The notes under the pieces are model-generated. The model ran no database searches, was not told where the DNA came from, and saw nothing but the letters and a program-made list of their open reading frames with translations. Shown here in pieces: positions 1 to 9,407 of a DNA stretch of 64,000 nucleotides. The stretch spans positions 16,876 through 80,875 of IMG/VR virus record IMGVR_UViG_3300035092_000015. One strand, written 5' to 3'. A program made the position numbers and the translations under genes. This DNA comes from a virus. Each line of letters starts with the position of its first letter. Within the stretch, counting starts at the first letter, position 1.

Positions 1-10
1 AGGAGAAGCC

Positions 11-781
11 ATGAGCGGCAGCAAGATCGTCACCGACCAGACCAGCTACAACGGCGAACCTCGGGCCCTGCCCGATGTGGCCAGCGAGCACTACACCGCG
101 ATCGACGGGGTGGAGGTCATCGCCCGCGAGTTGGCGGTCTCGCCGCACCCCCGGTGGAAGGACCAACACCCGCAGACCCACCATTTCATCACCAAGCTGC
201 TGCTGGCCGACGGGCGCGAGGTATACGAGTGCAACCACTGCCACCTGCACGATCCGGAGTTGAAGTCGATCAAGGCCCACCTGACCAAGCACCGGCCCAA
301 CCCGCCGCAGCCGTTGACCGACGTGGAGACGATCCGGACGGTGCTGCGGGAGGTCGAGCGGGCCCGCCGGCTGTACGGGGTGGGCCGGTACGGTAAGTAC
401 GCGGTGGACGCGCTGACCCGGCTCGGGGTCCGTCCGGCGACCGGCGATGAGTGGACGGTGGCGAAGGTGACCAGCCTGTACGGTGCCTACAAGGACCGCT
501 ACCCGGTCCGGGCGCCGAAGGTTACCGCCCGCCCCGTGCAGCGGCGCCCCCGGGTCGTCGCGGCTGCCGTCCCGCCGGCCCCCGAACCGACGGTGGTGGT
601 GTCCGGCAGCAACCGCGACCTGATGCAGCTGCTGGTCCAGATCGACGCCATCGTCCACCACGCGATGCGGGCGGTCGCGGCAGCAACCGACCCGGATGAG
701 CAGATCGTGGAGAAGGCCGCCAAGCTGGACCAGCTGGTCGCCGGCCTGGGCGAGGACACGATCAACAAACTGCTGGCTTAG
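11..781 (+). CDS. C2H2 zinc-finger / putative DNA-binding protein
   Basis: AGGAG RBS at 1-5; motif ECNHC..HLTKH; central segment resembles a recombinase-type DNA-binding domain. Confidence 0.6.
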   Translation: MSGSKIVTDQTSYNGEPRALPDVASEHYTAIDGVEVIARELAVSPHPRWKDQHPQTHHFITKLLLADGREVYECNHCHLHDPELKSIKAHLTKHRPNPPQPLTDVETIRTVLREVERARRLYGVGRYGKYAVDALTRLGVRPATGDEWTVAKVTSLYGAYKDRYPVRAPKVTARPVQRRPRVVAAAVPPAPEPTVVVSGSNRDLMQLLVQIDAIVHHAMRAVAAATDPDEQIVEKAAKLDQLVAGLGEDTINKLLA

Positions 782-1179
782 ACCCCATCCTCCGGCACCT
801 CTCTGGCCTCGGCCGGGGGGGTGTCGCTGTAGGTGGGTTCGGTGTTGTCCGCCGCGTTCAGGTCCAGCGCCAGCTGCTCCGCCTCGTTCTCGTCCTTCTC
901 GTCCTTAGGGACGCGGATGACCACACAGGTCGCCAGGGTGGCGATCGAGTTCGCGTCGACCGACAGGAACACCGGGTCGCCGGTGCGCATGTCGGTTGCC
1001 CGGCTGAACACCAGCAGCGTCTTGCCCTGGCGGGCTTCGGCCCACGTCCGGGTCATGTGCTCGTGGACCTGGTCCTCCTGCGCGTCCGGGTCGGTGTCGT
1101 CGGGCAGCTCCAACGAGTCGATCACCTGCGCGCGGTGTCCGCTGGCCAGGGTCATGTCAACCACATACTCAACCTTCAC
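778..1179 (-). CDS. hypothetical protein
   Basis: AGGAG RBS upstream; stop/start overlap with the upstream gene; last gene of the leftward operon. Confidence 0.7.
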   Translation of the reverse strand: MKVEYVVDMTLASGHRAQVIDSLELPDDTDPDAQEDQVHEHMTRTWAEARQGKTLLVFSRATDMRTGDPVFLSVDANSIATLATCVVIRVPKDEKDENEAEQLALDLNAADNTEPTYSDTPPAEAREVPEDGV

Positions 1180-1877
1180 GGTGCCTCTCCTTGTGTCTCC
1201 GACGGTGGGGGGCTATCGACATCCCCCCGTGGGGGTTTCAGTGTCTCCGTGACCAACGGGAGTACCTTCGCGATACCTTCGGACAGCGACCCGTGCGGGT
1301 CCAGTGCTGCCATCCGGGCGACGTTGATGAACAGAGCGCCGGTGGGCAGGCCGTGGCTGCGGACCGGGATGGTGTTGATGATCGGACGCCACGCCGCCTC
1401 AACTGCCTTCCACACTCCGGGCGACCCGGCGACCCGGATCTGCTCGGTCGGGTTGACCAGCCGCTCCAACGGGTTCGGCTGGGTGTCCCAGATCGGGCTG
1501 TACCCCAGATCGAGTGATTCGCACATCCCGGCGAGGCTGTCCAGTTCGGGTTGGGCTATCGGGTAGGTGACGACGGTGGGCAGCGGTCGGACCCGGATCG
1601 GGCCGGTCGCCAGGTGCAGCCACATCTCCGGTTCGGCGGGTTGGCACACGAACACCAGGTCGCAGTAGTCGGCGAGCGTGTCGAGCCGGCTGGTGGTGGG
1701 GATGGCCCACCGCTCGAGCAGATCCACCGTCTCGGGTGGGGTGCCATCGGGGGGGGCCCAGACCATCCCGTGGGGGTGGTAGGCGATCACGGAGTGGTAC
1801 CCGTAGTCGCGCATGGCGAGCGCGAGCGGGATGCCGCGTTCCCAGTCGAGCCCGATGACCCCGATGCGTCGTTTCAC
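1176..1877 (-). CDS. nucleotide-sugar dehydrogenase-like (degenerate Rossmann fold) protein
   Basis: GTG start giving VKRRIGVIGLD..GIPLALAM; DLVFVC segment resembles the UDP-glucose/GDP-mannose dehydrogenase N-terminus. Confidence 0.5.
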   Translation of the reverse strand: MKRRIGVIGLDWERGIPLALAMRDYGYHSVIAYHPHGMVWAPPDGTPPETVDLLERWAIPTTSRLDTLADYCDLVFVCQPAEPEMWLHLATGPIRVRPLPTVVTYPIAQPELDSLAGMCESLDLGYSPIWDTQPNPLERLVNPTEQIRVAGSPGVWKAVEAAWRPIINTIPVRSHGLPTGALFINVARMAALDPHGSLSEGIAKVLPLVTETLKPPRGDVDSPPPSETQGEAP

Positions 1878-1888
1878 CCTGCCGCCTC

Positions 1889-2065
1889 TCAGACCGCCGA
1901 TGAGAACCCGGACACGGCCTCGCGCGGGTGATCGACCTCGCGTTGTAGCCGGCGCAGCGTGGCCTCCAACGCTGGATTGCCGGCCAGTTCGGGCAGCTTC
2001 GCGAGGCGCGCGCCGTCCAGCCGGGCCACCGTGGTCGGGACGTCCGCCGGATCCGGGTTCGTCAC
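1889..2065 (-). CDS. fxsA: FxSxx-COOH family RiPP precursor peptide (58 aa)
   Basis: AAGGAG RBS; GTG start overlaps the upstream TGA; ...LAGNPALEATLRRLQREVDHPREAVSGFSSAV-COOH fits the FxSxx-COOH leader and core pattern. Confidence 0.75.
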   Translation of the reverse strand: MTNPDPADVPTTVARLDGARLAKLPELAGNPALEATLRRLQREVDHPREAVSGFSSAV

Positions 2066-2754
2066 CGGGCGTCTCCTTGTCCCGGGACCCCGGAGGTGTT
2101 CCCGCCGTCGGCGTGGTATCGCCAGGTCCGCTCCGCCAGGTGCACCATCTGCTGGCTGTTCCTGACCGCGTACTGCGACAACCCGATGATGTGGTACCAA
2201 TCCTCGTTGCCGTACTTCTGCGAGTCGCCCTGGAACGGGTCGTTGATGAACCCGACCGCCTGGGCGGCGTCGGTCCGGACCAGGAACGTGATCGTGGTGT
2301 GGTGCGGGGTGGCCGGGTTGAACGGGATCCCGAAATGCCCGAGCGGGTCATTGTCCTCGGTCATCCACGGGAACACGAACATCGCCCCGGTCGCCTCCGC
2401 GACCTCCAGACACCGTTGCAGGTGCTGCGGCAGCCACTCGTCGTCCGAATCGCACCACGCCATCCACTCGGTCTGGACCTGGTCCAGGATCTGCTGGCGG
2501 GTCCAGCCGGCGCCGTGTCCGTCGCGGTCGTTTACGACCAGGATCCGGTCGGGTTGGCGGGTCTGGTTGACGATCGACCGGAGTGTCCGCTCGAGCTTCC
2601 CGTTCACGTACCGGGCGGGGTGGGCGGCGACGCAGGCGGTGACGGTGCCTGGGATCAAGGTGCGGACGGCCCGGTCCAGGTAGTGCTCTAGCGAGTACTC
2701 CGTCTCGGTCTCGGCCTCGGTCGCGTCGGTCGCGTCGTCGATCAACTCACCCAT
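2062..2754 (-). CDS. glycosyltransferase family 2
   Basis: LRSIVNQT..ILVVND, GAGWTR, WCDSDDEWLPQHL (DxD), EDW motif. Confidence 0.85.
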   Translation of the reverse strand: MGELIDDATDATEAETETEYSLEHYLDRAVRTLIPGTVTACVAAHPARYVNGKLERTLRSIVNQTRQPDRILVVNDRDGHGAGWTRQQILDQVQTEWMAWCDSDDEWLPQHLQRCLEVAEATGAMFVFPWMTEDNDPLGHFGIPFNPATPHHTTITFLVRTDAAQAVGFINDPFQGDSQKYGNEDWYHIIGLSQYAVRNSQQMVHLAERTWRYHADGGNTSGVPGQGDAR

Positions 2755-2866
2755 GGTGCCCCCTCCACTTCTCTCCGAGCCACTCCGCCAACGCTACCGC
2801 CGCTAGGCCCACCAACAAGATGATGATGCCGCCCAGACCTTGTGGGTCGTCCCAGCCGCCGTTCAC
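2747..2866 (-). CDS. small membrane peptide
   Basis: GTG start overlapping the upstream stop; one hydrophobic helix GGIIILLVGLAAVALAEW. Confidence 0.5.
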   Translation of the reverse strand: MNGGWDDPQGLGGIIILLVGLAAVALAEWLGEKWRGHHG

Positions 2867-3558
2867 CCGCCACCGCCGTGTTCGTGCAGAATCCACCAGG
2901 TCGCCCACGGCAGATCCATATTCCACCGGACCGGCGCCGGCCCCAGCTGCGACAGCCGCAACAACACCGGCAGCGACAGCTGGTCCTGATGCGACCAGTT
3001 CACACACTCAACCCACCACAGATCCGACAGCGCGATCACCCCCGGGGTGTGCCGGCGTACATTCGCCCCCGTCGCGACCAACCCCCACCCGCCCGGGTGG
3101 AACGAACGGTACGCCTCAATCTGGCGCAGCACCGACGCCGGGTCGTACCGCCAGGTCAACGTCGCCGAGTATTCCCCCTCGGTGTAGATACAGTCCCGCC
3201 ACGGGTGGCGCATACAGGACCAGTCGTCCGACCCGAGCGCCTGCAGGCATTTCTCCGGGTAGTCCGGGAACAGCAGCTGCATCGACCCGTCGATCCACAA
3301 GCTGACATCCACCCCGGGGCAGGCAAGCTCCGGGTGGGTCTTCCACCATTTGTGTGCCAACATCGGCCCGGTCACGGCCGGGTCGCCGTTCAGGGTGGCG
3401 ATCCCGTGCCGGACGATCCGGGGTTCCCACCCGGCGGCGGCTGCCTTCTCCGCCGTCACCTCCGAATCGGTGTACAGGTAGGCGGGGATCCCGAGGAACG
3501 GCAACGGTTTGACCCAATCGTACGGGCCGTAGATCGCGGTGTACAGCGCGAGGTTCAT
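2863..3558 (-). CDS. DUF616/TOD1-MUCI70-like glycosyltransferase
   Basis: LYTAIYGPYD, SLWIDGS, HPWRDCIYTE, QDQLSLP motifs. Confidence 0.8.
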   Translation of the reverse strand: MNLALYTAIYGPYDWVKPLPFLGIPAYLYTDSEVTAEKAAAAGWEPRIVRHGIATLNGDPAVTGPMLAHKWWKTHPELACPGVDVSLWIDGSMQLLFPDYPEKCLQALGSDDWSCMRHPWRDCIYTEGEYSATLTWRYDPASVLRQIEAYRSFHPGGWGLVATGANVRRHTPGVIALSDLWWVECVNWSHQDQLSLPVLLRLSQLGPAPVRWNMDLPWATWWILHEHGGGG

Positions 3559-3773
3559 CGGCCGGCCAGGAAACGTTCAACCGTGGCTGAGTTGCGGTCG
3601 GTGTACGTCTGCGCTGTCACCCGGGCGACCTTGCGCAGCCAGTGCGCCCCCGACGGTCCGACTGGCCGGCTGGTTTCGAGCGCGTTGGCGTATTCGATCA
3701 ACGATTTGACCGACGGCGGTGCGGGTACCAGCTGGACGTCGACCCACCACAGCAGCCGGTTGAGCAGCTTCAT
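3555..3773 (-). CDS. hypothetical protein
   Basis: ATG at 3773 coupled to both flanking genes. Confidence 0.55.
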   Translation of the reverse strand: MKLLNRLLWWVDVQLVPAPPSVKSLIEYANALETSRPVGPSGAHWLRKVARVTAQTYTDRNSATVERFLAGR

Positions 3774-4312
3774 CACTCGTACCCCCGGACCGGTGCGTGG
3801 GCGGCGATCGCCTGCAGGTTGACGTGTAGCCGCCAGTTCCACTCCGCATCCGCCAGTGCGTTGTGCCGGTCCTTCGCAGGCGGCAGGATCTGCTCCGGGT
3901 CGACCCCCAACCGGTGCGCCTCCTGCTGCAGGTCGTTGGTCCACATCGGGATCCCGTTCGGATGGTCGTTCATCGTCCCGTATAGCTGGCACAACACCAC
4001 ATGGTCGTAGGCGCCGTACCAGGCCCACAACTCGACCGGTTCGCCCGGCCCGGTCAGGAACTGGTGGACCTGCTCGGCGATGGTCTCCCGTTCGCGGAAC
4101 ACTGGGTTGTATTCATCCAGACGCCCGTCGGGGGTGTGTGGGAGGCTCGGGAGGACGTTCTCGACCAGCCACGGGTGTCTCCGGATCCGCCGCCACGGCG
4201 CGTCCAAGTCGACCGCGTAGTACATATCGCCTCGGTCGTTGACAATCCCGATCGAGATCAGATCGACCGTCCGGCCGTCCTCCAGGAACTCACAATCGTA
4301 GTAGAACCTCAC
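3773..4312 (-). CDS. DEDDh 3'-5' exoribonuclease (Rv2179c/RNase AS-like)
   Basis: FYYDCEFLEDGRTVDLISIGIV, WAWYGAYDHVVLCQLYG, HNALADA. Confidence 0.9.
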   Translation of the reverse strand: MRFYYDCEFLEDGRTVDLISIGIVNDRGDMYYAVDLDAPWRRIRRHPWLVENVLPSLPHTPDGRLDEYNPVFRERETIAEQVHQFLTGPGEPVELWAWYGAYDHVVLCQLYGTMNDHPNGIPMWTNDLQQEAHRLGVDPEQILPPAKDRHNALADAEWNWRLHVNLQAIAAHAPVRGYE

Positions 4313-5136
4313 CCCAACGCCTCATTCCGGTAAGTCAGGACAGCCTCACGCATCAAGTCCAGATCGTACCGGGGCCGCCAACCGAGCAGATCCCACCCCT
4401 CGCCCGCCGCGTGGATCTCCGACTCGATCTCCCCCTGGCGCATCGGCAGGAAATCGAACCGTGGCATCTTCCACCCGGTTGCACTGGCCGCCACCCACGC
4501 GACCTGCTTCACCGTCATCGGCACCCCGGTCCCGCCGTCGAACACCCGATCCGCGTCGCAGTGCTCGACCGCATCCACCAACATCCGCGCGAGGTCGTCC
4601 ACGTGGATCATGTCGACGGTCTGCTCGCCCGACCCCCAGACCGGCAGCGGTTCCTGGCGCCACGCCTTCACCGCGAACGTCGGCAGGATCTTCTGCGGGT
4701 GTCCCGGGCCGTGTTTCTGCCCCGGCCCGTACGCGTTGAACGCCCGCACATGCGCCACCTGCAGCCCCCGGTTGTGGTGCAGCGCGGTGGCGATCCGCTG
4801 GGCGGCGATCTTGGTCGCGGTGTACAGCGACGGGAACACGTCCGGCATCAAGATCCCGACGTACCGGGCGCCGTTGCGGATACACCACTGCATCACGTTC
4901 AACGCCCCCAGGACGTTCACCTTGACTGCTTCGTTGGGGGTGTCGAACAGTTCTGCTGTCCCGAGCACCCCGGCGAGGTGGATGACCGCGTTGGCCCCCT
5001 CAAGCCCGCCGAGGTGACCGAGGACATCCCCGCCGTGGGTCCGGTCGACTGACCAGGCTTGGTGGCCGGCTTTGCGGGCGGCGACCACGGTGGGTGCGCC
5101 GATGAACCCGGATCCGCCGGTGACTGCGATCTTCAT
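4309..5136 (-). CDS. NAD-dependent nucleotide-sugar epimerase/dehydratase
   Basis: MKIAVTGGSGFIG, VIHLAG, YTATK (YxxxK), FNAYGPG, DMIHVDDLA. Confidence 0.92.
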   Translation of the reverse strand: MKIAVTGGSGFIGAPTVVAARKAGHQAWSVDRTHGGDVLGHLGGLEGANAVIHLAGVLGTAELFDTPNEAVKVNVLGALNVMQWCIRNGARYVGILMPDVFPSLYTATKIAAQRIATALHHNRGLQVAHVRAFNAYGPGQKHGPGHPQKILPTFAVKAWRQEPLPVWGSGEQTVDMIHVDDLARMLVDAVEHCDADRVFDGGTGVPMTVKQVAWVAASATGWKMPRFDFLPMRQGEIESEIHAAGEGWDLLGWRPRYDLDLMREAVLTYRNEALG

Positions 5137-5795
5137 GCCCACTCCTCGGTGAGTTCGGCCAACGCCTGTTCGGGGGTGATAGCGGTGACCCGGTCCAGTA
5201 CCGCAGGGGGGACGGTGGTCCAGTCCTGCCAAATCTCGACCAGCCGCCGGTCCGGTGCCCACTCCTGGGGGTGGGCTGGGAACCCTGACACTACCAGACA
5301 CCCGGTGGGCCAGGTGTCGACCAGGCGCAGCCGCAGATCCGGTCGGTATTCGGCGAGCATCCGGCGGATCTTCCACACGTCGCCGGTCCAGTCCCCCAGG
5401 ATGGGGGTGCCGACGGGGATCCGGCGGGCTTCTTCCTGGTTACGGGGCAGGACGTCGTCGAGCGCGACGATCGAGCGGGGGTGGCAGTACCGGGCGATGT
5501 TCTGGAAGTCCCGTACGACGTATTCGATCAGGTGCATCCCGTCGATGTACGCCAGGTCGATCTGCCACCCATCAGGTCGGGGGTCGGCGAAGAACTCATC
5601 GGAGGTCATGCTGTGGATCTTCTGGTTCGCGGTCTCCACGACCAGCGGCTGCGGGTCGATCCCGATCGCGACCTCGGCTGCGAACGCCAGGTTCAGGCTG
5701 TACCCGTGTTGAACCCCGACCTCCAGGTAGGTTTTCGGCCGGACCAGCCGGTGCAGCCCGGTCAGGAACCCACGGGTGTCGCTTAGATCGACCAT
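5133..5795 (-). CDS. class I SAM-dependent methyltransferase (Methyltransf_24-like)
   Basis: YLEVGVQHGYS, DLAYIDGMH, IVALDD, WTGDVWK. Confidence 0.88.
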   Translation of the reverse strand: MVDLSDTRGFLTGLHRLVRPKTYLEVGVQHGYSLNLAFAAEVAIGIDPQPLVVETANQKIHSMTSDEFFADPRPDGWQIDLAYIDGMHLIEYVVRDFQNIARYCHPRSIVALDDVLPRNQEEARRIPVGTPILGDWTGDVWKIRRMLAEYRPDLRLRLVDTWPTGCLVVSGFPAHPQEWAPDRRLVEIWQDWTTVPPAVLDRVTAITPEQALAELTEEWA

Positions 5796-6466
5796 GGCCG
5801 GAACCCCCACTTCTCGACAAACAACGCCATGTCGACCCCGGTCCTGGCCTGCAACTCCGGGCGGGTCGAGGTCGACTGGTCCGGATACAGATGCCGGACC
5901 TCATCCCGGGGCATGATCAACGTCCCGCCCAACCGGCGGGCCTGCATGTCCAGGTCGTTGTCCCCGCACCACCAGGCGAACCGTTCGTCGGCCCGCAGGT
6001 TCCCCTCGCCGCGCAGCAGGAACGCCCACCCGGGCATCCGTTCATGCAACGCCGTCAACCCCGGTTCGCGGTGGAATACCGGCTCGTGGACCGGGCCGAA
6101 CCCGGCAGCATAGCACCCCCCCAGGCGCATCGGGGTCGACAACCGGTCGAACCAGTCCGGCGGAAGGATCGCATCGTCGTTGCACACCGCCACGTCGTAC
6201 ATCGTCCGGTTAGTGCTCGACATGTTGGCGACCGCGACCCGCCCGAGCCCGACGTTCCACAGCCGGGACAGGTTCGGCGGCTGCTCCGGGTGGTGCTCCA
6301 CCACAACCAGCGGGTGCCGGTGATCGTCGAAATAGCCGCCCAAGTCGGAGTTGTCCACTACCACCACCCACGCGTTCTGGGCCTGGGCGGCGGCGATCGC
6401 TTCGCGCAGTTCTTTGTCCCGTTCGCCTCGGGTGGTGATCACCGCATACCGGGGGATCCGGTCCAT
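5783..6466 (-). CDS. glycosyltransferase family 2
   Basis: VVVVDNS, NLSRLWNVGL, VCNDD, DERFAWWCGDND. Confidence 0.85.
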   Translation of the reverse strand: MDRIPRYAVITTRGERDKELREAIAAAQAQNAWVVVVDNSDLGGYFDDHRHPLVVVEHHPEQPPNLSRLWNVGLGRVAVANMSSTNRTMYDVAVCNDDAILPPDWFDRLSTPMRLGGCYAAGFGPVHEPVFHREPGLTALHERMPGWAFLLRGEGNLRADERFAWWCGDNDLDMQARRLGGTLIMPRDEVRHLYPDQSTSTRPELQARTGVDMALFVEKWGFRPWSI

Positions 6467-6966
6467 CAACGCTCCTTGTCGGGGTAGACGAGTTGGCCGT
6501 CGTACATCAGCCACATCCTGGACAGCTGGACCTCCATGTCCTGGATAGCCGACAGGAGCCACCTCCGGAACTCCTCAGCGGTAACTCTGTCCCGGTTGAA
6601 GATCGGCAGCCGGATAATCAGCCCAAGCCGGTCGGTCAGCGACTTGTGCGGCGGGATGGTCTGCGACAGGTAGTGCCGTTCTTCCGGCTCGGGGTCGGTG
6701 TAGCCGTTCATAGCCGGGAACCGCATGCGGTGCAAGAACCGGTTCGGGTCCCGCACCTCGACCCGCAGCACCATCCAATCGACCATATAACCCGGAGGCG
6801 TAAACAGTGGGCTGGACGGGTCGACCTGGTCCGGAGACAGCAACTCGAACCGCCACCCCGGTTTGTAACTGTGCCGGCGCAGCTGGGCCCGGTACCAACC
6901 ATCGGTACCCGGCGGGGACAGAGCATCCAGCACCTGCTCGCGGCGTTCCTGGACCGGGTCTTTCAC
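6466..6966 (-). CDS. hypothetical protein
   Basis: GTG start overlapping the upstream stop; SYKPGWRFEL segment. Confidence 0.6.
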   Translation of the reverse strand: MKDPVQERREQVLDALSPPGTDGWYRAQLRRHSYKPGWRFELLSPDQVDPSSPLFTPPGYMVDWMVLRVEVRDPNRFLHRMRFPAMNGYTDPEPEERHYLSQTIPPHKSLTDRLGLIIRLPIFNRDRVTAEEFRRWLLSAIQDMEVQLSRMWLMYDGQLVYPDKER

Positions 6967-7946
6967 GACTGGTACGCCTTCAGCCAACGCCAAGCGTTCC
7001 CCTCCACCGTCCGGGTCGCGGCCCACTCCCGACCCGCCTGCGCCATCTCGTCGCGCAGCTGCGGCGATTTGGTCAACGTCCACAGGTGTTTATCCCACTG
7101 TTTCGGGTCAGACACCAGGAACCCGGTCTTGCCGTGTTGGACCGACTCGCGGTACGCGACCACATCCGACGCGACCACCGGGAACCCCAGCGCGTTCGCC
7201 TCCAGACAGCGCAGGTCCGACTTGGAGGTGTTGAACACCGTCGGCGCCAGCGGCGCCACCGCGAAATGCCAATCCAGCAGGTGGTAGAACCGGTCGTGTC
7301 CGACCCAATCGGTCCTGCGGTGCGGGTGGACGCTGGGGAACGACGGCGGGGTCGATCCGACCGTGTGGAACTCCACCGGGACCCCCTGCTGCCGGGCCTG
7401 GTTGAACCAACGCCCGATCGGGTTCGCGGCGCGGGCCCAGTCGCCGGTGTGGGTGGCCGACCCTTGCCAGCCGACGGTGATCCGGTCGACGTGGTACCCG
7501 TGTTGCCAGTCCAGTAACGCCGCCGGGATGCAGTTCGGTACGACGTGGATGTTCCGGTTGTACTGGGCTAGCCGTTCTGCCAGCGGGGCGGTGGAGACGG
7601 TGACCACGTCGGCGACCTGCAGGTTGGCGATGATGTTCGCCTGGATCTGCGGGTTGTTGAAGAACTCGACGCTCGGGTTGTGCTGGTCCAGGTTCAACAG
7701 GTCGTCGTCGACCTCGTACACCAGTTTCGGCCGGTTCCCTTTCGACCGGGCCATCCGCTGGAAGATCCCGGTCGGGCCTTCCAGGCAGGTCCGTTGGGCG
7801 ATCACCACGTCGTAATCCCAGAACTCCTCCTTCAAGGTGTTCCCGAACCGGGTGTGTTCGCCCTGCTCGCGCAAAGCCGCCAGCGGCAGTAGGATCCGGT
7901 ACCAGGCACAGCCGGCGAAATCGGCCTGCCAGCCGAAGATCTTCAC
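6963..7946 (-). CDS. glycosyltransferase family 4 (GT-B)
   Basis: GCAWYRI, YEVDDDL, VTVSTAPLA, VPNCI, KSDLRCLEANALGFPVVASDV, HGKTGFLV. Confidence 0.9.
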   Translation of the reverse strand: MKIFGWQADFAGCAWYRILLPLAALREQGEHTRFGNTLKEEFWDYDVVIAQRTCLEGPTGIFQRMARSKGNRPKLVYEVDDDLLNLDQHNPSVEFFNNPQIQANIIANLQVADVVTVSTAPLAERLAQYNRNIHVVPNCIPAALLDWQHGYHVDRITVGWQGSATHTGDWARAANPIGRWFNQARQQGVPVEFHTVGSTPPSFPSVHPHRRTDWVGHDRFYHLLDWHFAVAPLAPTVFNTSKSDLRCLEANALGFPVVASDVVAYRESVQHGKTGFLVSDPKQWDKHLWTLTKSPQLRDEMAQAGREWAATRTVEGNAWRWLKAYQS

Positions 7947-8788
7947 AAGACCACCCCGGGGTGTAGTTGACGCATGATCTCGATCGGCACCGGGCGGTAC
8001 CGGTCGCGGAAGCTGCGCGGGCTGCGCCCCGCCTGCAGATGGGCCTGGTATAGCGCGTTCTGCTCGGCGAAGGTCAGATCTTCGAACTCCACCCGCAGAC
8101 TGTGCCGGGGCGGTAGCTTCGCCCGGTCCAGCTTCTCCCAATCGATGAACCCGACCGCCTCGGGGTCGCTGTACGGCCCAGCCTGCGGGTCGTCGATAGT
8201 CCGGTCGGTCCAGGCTTCGAACGGCTGCCACCCCCGGGCGGTCGCGGCGGCAGCGGCGCCCCGGTCTGGCCCGTCGACGCACCACAGCTGCTGGTACAGC
8301 CGGTCGATCCGGTTGTGGGTGCGGGCGGTGACCCGGTCGAACGTTGCATGCCGCCACAGGTGCAGGTTCGACCGGGGCAGGTCACTGATACTGGACAGGT
8401 AGACCAGCCCGTACCCGCCGCGTCCCATCGCCTGCAACCGGCGGGCCACCCCGATCGGGTCGACCAGTGCCAGGACCGGGGCGACCCGGGCGATCCGCTG
8501 TGCGATCGCCGGGGTGACGCTGGCCTGCCGCCCGCTGTGTAGCCCTTCGACGGTTTTACCCCAGACGGCTGCCTCGAGCGCGATCTGGTACAGGCTCATT
8601 CCCTGCTCAAGCAGCGCCTCGATGTGCAGCCGGGTGGGGAGGGCGTTGATCCGTGACTGCCAGGTCCCGTAGGCGAGGGCCCGGGTGCGGCGGGCTTTCA
8701 ACTGCCGCCGGTATTCGGCGCAGTCGGTGCAGCCGACGTGGTAGCGGGCTCGGTGGTTGGGGCAGATTCGTGGCTGTGGCGGGACCAT
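7943..8788 (-). CDS. HTH DNA-binding protein with N-terminal Cys cluster
   Basis: CTDC; HIEALLEQGMSLYQIA HTH; RRLQAMGRGGY, typical of actinophage HTH proteins. Confidence 0.65.
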   Translation of the reverse strand: MVPPQPRICPNHRARYHVGCTDCAEYRRQLKARRTRALAYGTWQSRINALPTRLHIEALLEQGMSLYQIALEAAVWGKTVEGLHSGRQASVTPAIAQRIARVAPVLALVDPIGVARRLQAMGRGGYGLVYLSSISDLPRSNLHLWRHATFDRVTARTHNRIDRLYQQLWCVDGPDRGAAAAATARGWQPFEAWTDRTIDDPQAGPYSDPEAVGFIDWEKLDRAKLPPRHSLRVEFEDLTFAEQNALYQAHLQAGRSPRSFRDRYRPVPIEIMRQLHPGVVL

Positions 8789-9237
8789 GGATCTCTCCGG
8801 GGTGGCGGGGCGTCGAACAGGGTGGCGGGTGGTTCGGCCAACTCGGTGGCTCCCCACGGGGTGAGCCAGACGGGGCAGTTGTGGATGCGGGCCCGTTCGA
8901 CACAATCGGCGGTGCCGGACGACTGGCCGGGCGGACCCGGGAAGGCCAGGCAGCAGTACGCGTAGGGCCAGTTCTCGGCCCACATGTGGGCGTTACGGAT
9001 CGGACCGGCGCGGCGACCCATCCGCCAATCAGCCGGATACGGAACCTGGTAGACGTCGGGGTGGTCCTGCTCTTCGACCCAAACCCGGACGATCTCATCC
9101 AGCCCCCGCTCCGCAGCACCGTGCACGACCTTGAACAGCTCACCTCGGGCGATGGCCACGTCGCGCAGCAGCCCGAGCGCCTGCCGGGGCAGGGTCGGTG
9201 GGGCGTAGAACCGCCAGCCGGTGGCGACGATCAACAT
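8698..9237 (-). CDS. SLOG family (YspA/DUF2493-like) protein
   Basis: IVATGWR, VVHGAA.RGLD, YPADW..GRRAGPIRNAHM, LAFPG..SGTADC. Confidence 0.8.
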   Translation of the reverse strand: MLIVATGWRFYAPPTLPRQALGLLRDVAIARGELFKVVHGAAERGLDEIVRVWVEEQDHPDVYQVPYPADWRMGRRAGPIRNAHMWAENWPYAYCCLAFPGPPGQSSGTADCVERARIHNCPVWLTPWGATELAEPPATLFDAPPPRRDPWSRHSHESAPTTEPATTSAAPTAPNTGGS

Positions 9238-9407
9238 GCGGCTCTCCATCCCGGGCGGGATTCGCGGGCGACAGTGGCCATGATCTGCTCGGCGCAGCGG
9301 CGGTGCAGGTAGCGGGTACCGTCCAGGGTTTCGAGGGTGCTGCACGGTTGGCGGCAGCCGGCGCACAAGCCCACCCGGGGCGGGGTGGATCTGCGCAGCC
9401 AGTTCAT
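9231..9407 (-). CDS. small Cys/His-rich hypothetical protein (58 aa)
   Basis: read manually: MNWLRRSTPPRVGLCAGCRQPC...YLHRRC; fills the gap with coupled start/stop. Confidence 0.5.
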   Translation of the reverse strand: MNWLRRSTPPRVGLCAGCRQPCSTLETLDGTRYLHRRCAEQIMATVARESRPGWRAAC

